Assembly: GCA_018830125.1 (NCBI GenBank)
Contig: JAHJSY010000002.1
Location: 1 to 51,398 of the forward strand
From: Patescibacteria group bacterium
GTDB lineage: Bacteria > Patescibacteriota > Minisyncoccia > Minisyncoccales > GWA2-38-27
Length of the DNA stretch: 51,398 nucleotides
Reading direction: 5' to 3'
In this document: piece after piece, positions 46,514 to 51,398 of the stretch
Layout of the letters: each line of letters begins with the position of its first letter
Position numbering within the stretch: position 1 is the first letter of the stretch
Program-made: the position numbers and the translations under genes
Notes under the pieces: generated by a model
What the model was told of the DNA's origin: nothing
What the model saw: only the letters and a program-made list of their open reading frames with translations
The model's database searches: none

Positions 46514-47589
46514 AAAAAAGATTATTAGATTTTATAGTTTGTCCATCTTGCGGAAAAGACCTTTCTATAAGGGCTTTTAAGGAGAGTGAAGAAGAAATAG
46601 AAGATGGGTTGCTTCTTTGTTCTTGTGGTCAGTTTTTCCCTATAATTAATCGTATTCCCCGTATTTTGATAGGAGAATTAAGAAAAAGTGTTTACAAGCA
46701 GTTTCCAAACTTTTTTGTAAAGTATAAAGAACTTTTGCCCGTAGAAGGATTTAAGGATATAAATTATGATAAGTTGCAAAAAAAGAAAACATTAAAAAGT
46801 TTTAGTTATTTATGGAGCAAATATCCAAAAGATTTAAATGAATGGGAGAAAAACTTTAAATTTTATTTTGAACCCATAGGAGGTCTTGAGAAGCTTAAAG
46901 ACAAAGTAATTTTAGACGCTGGGTGTGGTAATGGAAGACATACTTATTGTGCTTCTAAATATGCTAAAGAAATAGTTGCCTTTGATTTAAGCCAATCGGT
47001 AGATATGGCTTATCATTATAATAAAGATAATCATAATGTTCATTTTTTCCAAGCAGATATTTATAATTTGCCACTTAAAAGGAATCTTTTTGAATTTATT
47101 TTTAGCATTGGGGTTCTTCATTATTTACCCTTTCCAGAAAAAGGGTTTAAAAAATTAATAGGGTTATTAAAAGATGGATCTGGTATTTTGGTTTACGTTT
47201 ATCATAGTTTTCCTAAAACTAGCCTAAACTTTTATTTAGTAATGCTTACCAATTTTATGCGTCGTTTTACAACGAAAATGCCGTATAAATTACTTTATTT
47301 CTTATCTTATCCAGTTGCTATTCTATCTTATTTGATTTTTGTTGTTCCATATATAATTTTGACCAAAGTTTTTAGAATTAAAAAATTAACTCAAACTAAT
47401 TGGCCATTAAAACTATATTCAAGGTATCCATTTAACGTCTTAATAAATGATACCTTTGATAGATTCTCTCCGCCGCTAGAACATAGATATTCTAAACAAG
47501 AAATTCTTGCTTGGTATGAAAGAAAGAATTTACGAGATATAGAGATTTTAGGCGAAGGTGGTTGGAGAATCTTTGGTTTGAAAAAATGA
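46510..47589 (+). CDS. Trm112-like Zn-binding domain + class I methyltransferase
   Basis: LDFIVCPSC..GLLLCSCGQFFPIINRIPR; ILDAGCGNGRH; SIGVLHY. Confidence 0.8.
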   Translation: MKKRLLDFIVCPSCGKDLSIRAFKESEEEIEDGLLLCSCGQFFPIINRIPRILIGELRKSVYKQFPNFFVKYKELLPVEGFKDINYDKLQKKKTLKSFSYLWSKYPKDLNEWEKNFKFYFEPIGGLEKLKDKVILDAGCGNGRHTYCASKYAKEIVAFDLSQSVDMAYHYNKDNHNVHFFQADIYNLPLKRNLFEFIFSIGVLHYLPFPEKGFKKLIGLLKDGSGILVYVYHSFPKTSLNFYLVMLTNFMRRFTTKMPYKLLYFLSYPVAILSYLIFVVPYIILTKVFRIKKLTQTNWPLKLYSRYPFNVLINDTFDRFSPPLEHRYSKQEILAWYERKNLRDIEILGEGGWRIFGLKK

Positions 47590-48746
47590 GAAACTCTAAA
47601 ATAAAAGTTTGTCGTGTTGCTAATACAGACATAGCTGTAAAGTTTTTATTACTCAATCAATTAAAGTTTTTAAAAAACAGGGGCTATGATGTTTCTGTGG
47701 TTTGTTCTGATGGAGGATTAATAGATGATATAAAAAAGAATGGGATAAAGATAAAGATTGTCAATTTCAATAGAGGCCTTAATATCTTTAGCCATATAGT
47801 TTCTTTGTTTAAGTTATATTTTTATTTTAAAAAAGAGAAGTTTGATATTGTTCATACTCATACTCCAGTTCCAGGTCTTTTAGGGCAATTGGCAGCCAAG
47901 ATGGCTGGTGTCCCTATTATTATAAATACTATTCACGGATTTTATTTTGCCGATAGCTCCAATTTCCTAAAGAGAAATTTCTATGCTTTCATAGAAAAAC
48001 TTTCGGCTAAATTTTCTGATTCAATTCTTTCTGTTAGTCAGGGAATTATTGATACAGCTATTGAAGAAAAAATTTGCCGAGAAGACCTATTGCATTATTT
48101 AGGAAGAGATATTGATATTGATAGATTTAACCCAGATAAGTTTTCTACAGATTTTATTCTTCAAAAAAAGAAAGAGCTTGGAATTAATCCAGACAAGAGA
48201 GTTATTGGCATTGTTGGTCGCTTGGTTAAAGAGAAAGGATACCTAGAATTGTTTCAAGCTTTTAAAGATGTTCTTAAAAGGTTCCCTAATACATCGCTTT
48301 TAATCATTGGACCAGAAGAATCTAAAAAGAAAGACAAGATAAACTCAAATCTTATTAAAATACTTGCTACCAAGAAGAACATTTTCTTTTTAGGTCAAAG
48401 GACAGATGTTGATGAACTTTATGCTCTTATGGATATTTTTGTTTTACCATCATATAGAGAAGGTATCGGAGCATCTATTTTAGAAGCATCAGCAATGGGT
48501 AAACCAGTAATATCTACTAATATTCCTGGTTGTCGCGAAGCTGTTGACGAGAAGAAGACGGGGATTTTAGTTCCAGCTAAAGATTCGGAAAAGCTTGCCG
48601 AAGCAATAATTTATTTATTTGAAAATCCAGAAAAAGCCAAACAGTTTGGGCAAGCAGGAAGAGAAAAGATAAAAAGAGAATTTTCTGGGAACATCGTTCT
48701 TGATAGAATAGAAAAAGAATACACTCGCCTAATAGAAGAAAAATGA
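47586..48746 (+). CDS. Glycosyltransferase family 4
   Basis: DIVHTHTP, VGRLVKEKG, LPSYREGIGASILEASAMG. Confidence 0.92.
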   Translation: MRNSKIKVCRVANTDIAVKFLLLNQLKFLKNRGYDVSVVCSDGGLIDDIKKNGIKIKIVNFNRGLNIFSHIVSLFKLYFYFKKEKFDIVHTHTPVPGLLGQLAAKMAGVPIIINTIHGFYFADSSNFLKRNFYAFIEKLSAKFSDSILSVSQGIIDTAIEEKICREDLLHYLGRDIDIDRFNPDKFSTDFILQKKKELGINPDKRVIGIVGRLVKEKGYLELFQAFKDVLKRFPNTSLLIIGPEESKKKDKINSNLIKILATKKNIFFLGQRTDVDELYALMDIFVLPSYREGIGASILEASAMGKPVISTNIPGCREAVDEKKTGILVPAKDSEKLAEAIIYLFENPEKAKQFGQAGREKIKREFSGNIVLDRIEKEYTRLIEEK

Positions 48747-48771
48747 AGGAGGCTCGACCTCCTTCATTTTT
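48739..48771. repeat. REP-like hairpin/terminator aaaaatgaaggagg-ctcga-cctccttcattttt
   Basis: Perfect 14-bp arms; near-identical to 34373-34399. Confidence 0.85.
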
Positions 48772-48817
48772 TGTTTGAAGAGGTTGCTTTTTTGAGAGAT
48801 TTAAGGTATTATGAAGT

Positions 48818-49024
48818 ATGAGCAATGTTACTAAAAAAGAAAACTTTTTGATAGAACATAATAAATTATCTCCTATTAATTTACAAGCTACAATTCCGAT
48901 GCTTTCTCAGTTCAAGATAGACAAAGCATCAATTTTTAAAGATAATGAGTGGTCTTTAGATAAGCTTCGTCGTCCTTTCATTTTATGGCTTACTTCCGCA
49001 GATCATTCGGAATTAGATAAATAA
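48818..49024 (+). CDS. Hypothetical protein (68 aa)
   Basis: ORF directly after TTGCTT-N17-TATTAT (leaderless). Confidence 0.55.
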   Translation: MSNVTKKENFLIEHNKLSPINLQATIPMLSQFKIDKASIFKDNEWSLDKLRRPFILWLTSADHSELDK

Positions 49025-49043
49025 TAATTAAAAGAATAAAAAC

Positions 49044-49139
49044 ATGGGTATTGGATGGGCAAATAAAAAAAGATTGGACAGAAAAGCGAAGAAAAAACAA
49101 GCTGGCAGACCTCTGCCAAAAAAGAAAAAGAAAAGATGA
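49044..49139 (+). CDS. Very basic 31-aa peptide MGIGWANKKRLDRKAKKKQAGRPLPKKKKKR
   Basis: Fills the gap; ATGA overlap with the next gene; 15 of 31 residues K/R; below the ORF-track cutoff. Confidence 0.55.
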   Translation: MGIGWANKKRLDRKAKKKQAGRPLPKKKKKR

Positions 49140-49351
49140 AAATACTTGTTAGTGTTAAAAGTGGAGCGAGGGAAGATGAAATTGAGAAGATTGATAACAC
49201 GCATTATATTATTTCTGTCAAAGAAAGACCAGTAAAGGGGCAAGCCAATAAGGGGGTTGTCCGAGTTTTAGCTGATTATTTGGGAGTATCTAAATCAAGA
49301 ATAAAAATGAAATCAGGTTTTACCTCTTCCGAAAAAACCCTAGAAATCTAA
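49136..49351 (+). CDS. DUF167 (YggU/UPF0235) protein
   Basis: VSVKSGA, VKERPVKGQAN..V..LADYLGVSKS.I...SG.TS..K. Confidence 0.85.
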   Translation: MKILVSVKSGAREDEIEKIDNTHYIISVKERPVKGQANKGVVRVLADYLGVSKSRIKMKSGFTSSEKTLEI

Positions 49352-49352
49352 A

Positions 49353-49384
49353 ACAAAATGTTAGAGACCGAGCCTCTAACAATT
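49353..49384. repeat. Hairpin repeat left of the MBL gene
   Basis: acaaaatgttagagaccgagcctctaacaatt; near-identical direct copy at 50165-50195. Confidence 0.8.
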
Positions 49385-49396
49385 ATAATTAAATAT

Positions 49397-50140
49397 ATGA
49401 AAATAGTATTTTTAGGAACGGGAGAGGCGTTTGATGAGAATAATCCCAACAATTCTCACTTAGTAATTAGCAAAGAAGCTAAGCTTCTTTTGGATTGTGG
49501 CTTTACAACGCCATATCAATTATGGAGATATAATGATAATCAGAATTTATTAGACGCTGCATATATTAGTCACCTACATGGCGATCATTATTTTGGATTA
49601 CCTGCCTTGTTGGTTAGAATGTGGGAAGAGGGGAGGACAAAACCACTTACTATTATTTGCAAAAAGGGATTTGCCAAAAAGATTAAGGAGATGATGGAAT
49701 ATGCATATAGGGCATTTAGTTCTAATAAATTTGAGTATAAGATAAATTTTATAGAAGTTAATCCCGAAGATCATATTAAATTTAAAGATTTAAATTTATC
49801 TTTTGCTCTTGGGGAACATTCTTCGGAGGTTTTGGCTGTAAGAATAGACAATAATAATAAAAGTATTTGTTATAGCGGAGACGGAATGTTTACCGAACAG
49901 ACAGAAAGATTATATAAAGGTTCTGATTTAGTAATTCAAGAAACTTATTTATACGATAAAAAAACAATTGGGCATGCTTCTATTGTTGACGCAATTAAAA
50001 TGGCCGAAAGAAATGATATTAAATGTTTGGCTCTAACTCATATCAATAGAAACCTCAGGCCGAAAATAATTAAGAAGAAACCCTCAAGCAAAAAAGTTAA
50101 AATAATCGTTCCAAACCCCCTAGACAAGTACAAAGCATAA
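49397..50140 (+). CDS. RNase Z/BN-like metallo-beta-lactamase-fold hydrolase
   Basis: VFLGTG, LLLDCG, SHLHGDH, YSGD, GHAS, LALTH. Confidence 0.85.
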   Translation: MKIVFLGTGEAFDENNPNNSHLVISKEAKLLLDCGFTTPYQLWRYNDNQNLLDAAYISHLHGDHYFGLPALLVRMWEEGRTKPLTIICKKGFAKKIKEMMEYAYRAFSSNKFEYKINFIEVNPEDHIKFKDLNLSFALGEHSSEVLAVRIDNNNKSICYSGDGMFTEQTERLYKGSDLVIQETYLYDKKTIGHASIVDAIKMAERNDIKCLALTHINRNLRPKIIKKKPSSKKVKIIVPNPLDKYKA

Positions 50141-50141
50141 A

Positions 50142-50195
50142 ATGATAGACTCAGCGTCTATCATACAAAATGCTAGAGACCAAGCTCTAACAATT
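50142..50195. repeat. Two adjacent hairpins right of the MBL gene
   Basis: atgatagac-tcagc-gtctatcat (50142-50164), then acaaaatgctagagaccaagctctaacaatt (50165-50195). Confidence 0.8.
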
Positions 50196-50239
50196 CTAAG
50201 CTTCTTGTTTTTGAGACAGAAAAGAGTTAAGGTGGGGAT

Positions 50240-51364
50240 ATGGAACCGTTGGCTTCAAAAATTAGGCCGGAAAGTTTAGAGGAGTTCGTCGGACAAGAAC
50301 ATTTAGTTGGTGAAGGGAAACCACTGAATGTCGCTATGAAACAGAAACATCTGTTTTCTTTTATTTTTTGGGGACCGCCCGGAACTGGCAAGACGACCTT
50401 GGGTAGAATATATGCTAAAAGTTTAGATGCTCAGCTTTATGAGCTTTCGGCAGTTTCGGCTGGAAAGGGAGATATTAGAAAAATAGTAGCTGAAGAGATT
50501 AATGTTCTTCCCAAGGTTTTATTCTTAGATGAAATTCATCGTTTTAACAAATCTCAACAAGACTTTTTGCTTCCTTATGTTGAAAGGGGAGAAATAACCC
50601 TTATTGGAGCAACAACAGAAAATCCAAGCTTTGAAGTAATTCCAGCTCTTCTTTCTAGGTGTCGGGTTTTTGTTTTAAATGAGCTTTCTGACGAAGATAT
50701 GAAAGCTATAATCAAAAGAACTAATTTAGAGATGAACGAGGAAGAAGAGGCCTGGCTTATTAAAATGGCTAATGGAGATGCTCGACAGGCAATTACAATG
50801 CTGGAAAATACTAACGAACTTTATAAGAAAATTACGTTAGAAAATTTAAAGAACACTTTGCAATCTAAGTTTTTAAGATACGACAAAGTGGGGGAGGAGC
50901 ATTATAATACTATTTCTGCTTTTATCAAAAGTATGAGGGCAAGTCAGCCCGATGCTGCTTTATACTATATGGCCAGAATGATTGATGCTGGAGAGGATCC
51001 TAAATTTATTGCCCGTAGAATGGTTATTTTTGCTTCGGAAGACATAGGGTTGGCTCAACCAACAGCCCTGGTTGTTGCTAATGATGTTTTTCGGGCTGTT
51101 GAAACAATTGGTCTTCCAGAGTGTGCCATTAATCTTGCACACGGCGTTGCTTATCTTTGCCAAGCCAAGAAAGACAGAAGTTCATATAATGCCTATTTAA
51201 AAGCCATGCAAGATGTAAAAACTCACGGCAATCTTCCTATTCCTTTAAATTTAAGAAATGCTGAAACAAAGTTAATGAAAGATTTAGATTATGGAAAAGG
51301 TTATCAAAAATATTCCCAAAAATCATATCTCCCCGATAGACTAAAATCCCAAAAATATTTATAA
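50240..51364 (+). CDS. rarA: Replication-associated recombination protein A (MgsA AAA+ ATPase)
   Basis: [61 protein letters not shown]. Confidence 0.95.
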   Translation: MEPLASKIRPESLEEFVGQEHLVGEGKPLNVAMKQKHLFSFIFWGPPGTGKTTLGRIYAKSLDAQLYELSAVSAGKGDIRKIVAEEINVLPKVLFLDEIHRFNKSQQDFLLPYVERGEITLIGATTENPSFEVIPALLSRCRVFVLNELSDEDMKAIIKRTNLEMNEEEEAWLIKMANGDARQAITMLENTNELYKKITLENLKNTLQSKFLRYDKVGEEHYNTISAFIKSMRASQPDAALYYMARMIDAGEDPKFIARRMVIFASEDIGLAQPTALVVANDVFRAVETIGLPECAINLAHGVAYLCQAKKDRSSYNAYLKAMQDVKTHGNLPIPLNLRNAETKLMKDLDYGKGYQKYSQKSYLPDRLKSQKYL

Positions 51365-51398
51365 AGATATGGGTTGTTATTGGGGGCTTTTTTTGTTA

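Noticed and set aside
662..51163. Other short antisense or alternate-frame ORFs in the track (e.g. 662..868, 3914..4225, 11196..11495, 29506..29988, 36846..37163, 50960..51163)
   Set aside because: They lie wholly or largely within well-supported genes and have no recognisable motifs.
1..51398. Alternative genetic code (UGA=Gly as in Gracilibacteria/Absconditabacteria)
   Set aside because: Genes are full length under code 11, and TGA is used as a genuine stop with ATGA overlaps.

Overview
AT-rich bacterial window. Patescibacteria/Parcubacteria origin is inferred from leaderless genes, O-antigen-ligase/TPR paralogs and small accessory ORFs; it is not proven. Most of the window (~6.8-30.7 kb and ~35.7-48.7 kb) is one very large cell-surface glycan locus: nucleotide-sugar enzymes (gmd, rmlA/B, fdtA/B, perosamine-synthase-like aminotransferase, UDP-sugar epimerase and dehydrogenase), many glycosyltransferases, 11 methyltransferase domains, asnB and three kinds of flippase/exporter. 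It is preceded by TPR and O-antigen-ligase-like genes and followed by DUF167, an RNase Z-like gene and rarA. Highlights: (1) gmd carries a 390-aa LAGLIDADG intein that begins with Thr rather than Cys/Ser. (2) The glycan locus is split by a ~4.9-kb integrase-free array of self-contained promoter-gene-terminator units (a candidate ncRNA, a beta-barrel-like protein, an LbH protein, three Cys-rich Zn-finger proteins, a PemK/MazF-like toxin, a membrane protein), interleaved with shared promoter modules and a modular nested-hairpin repeat family. (3) The orphan PemK/MazF gene faces a convergent ~60-nt structured RNA with its own promoter, a candidate RNA antitoxin. (4) A polytopic membrane glycan enzyme is fused to a radical SAM domain. 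All product calls come from motif recognition by eye; no searches were run.
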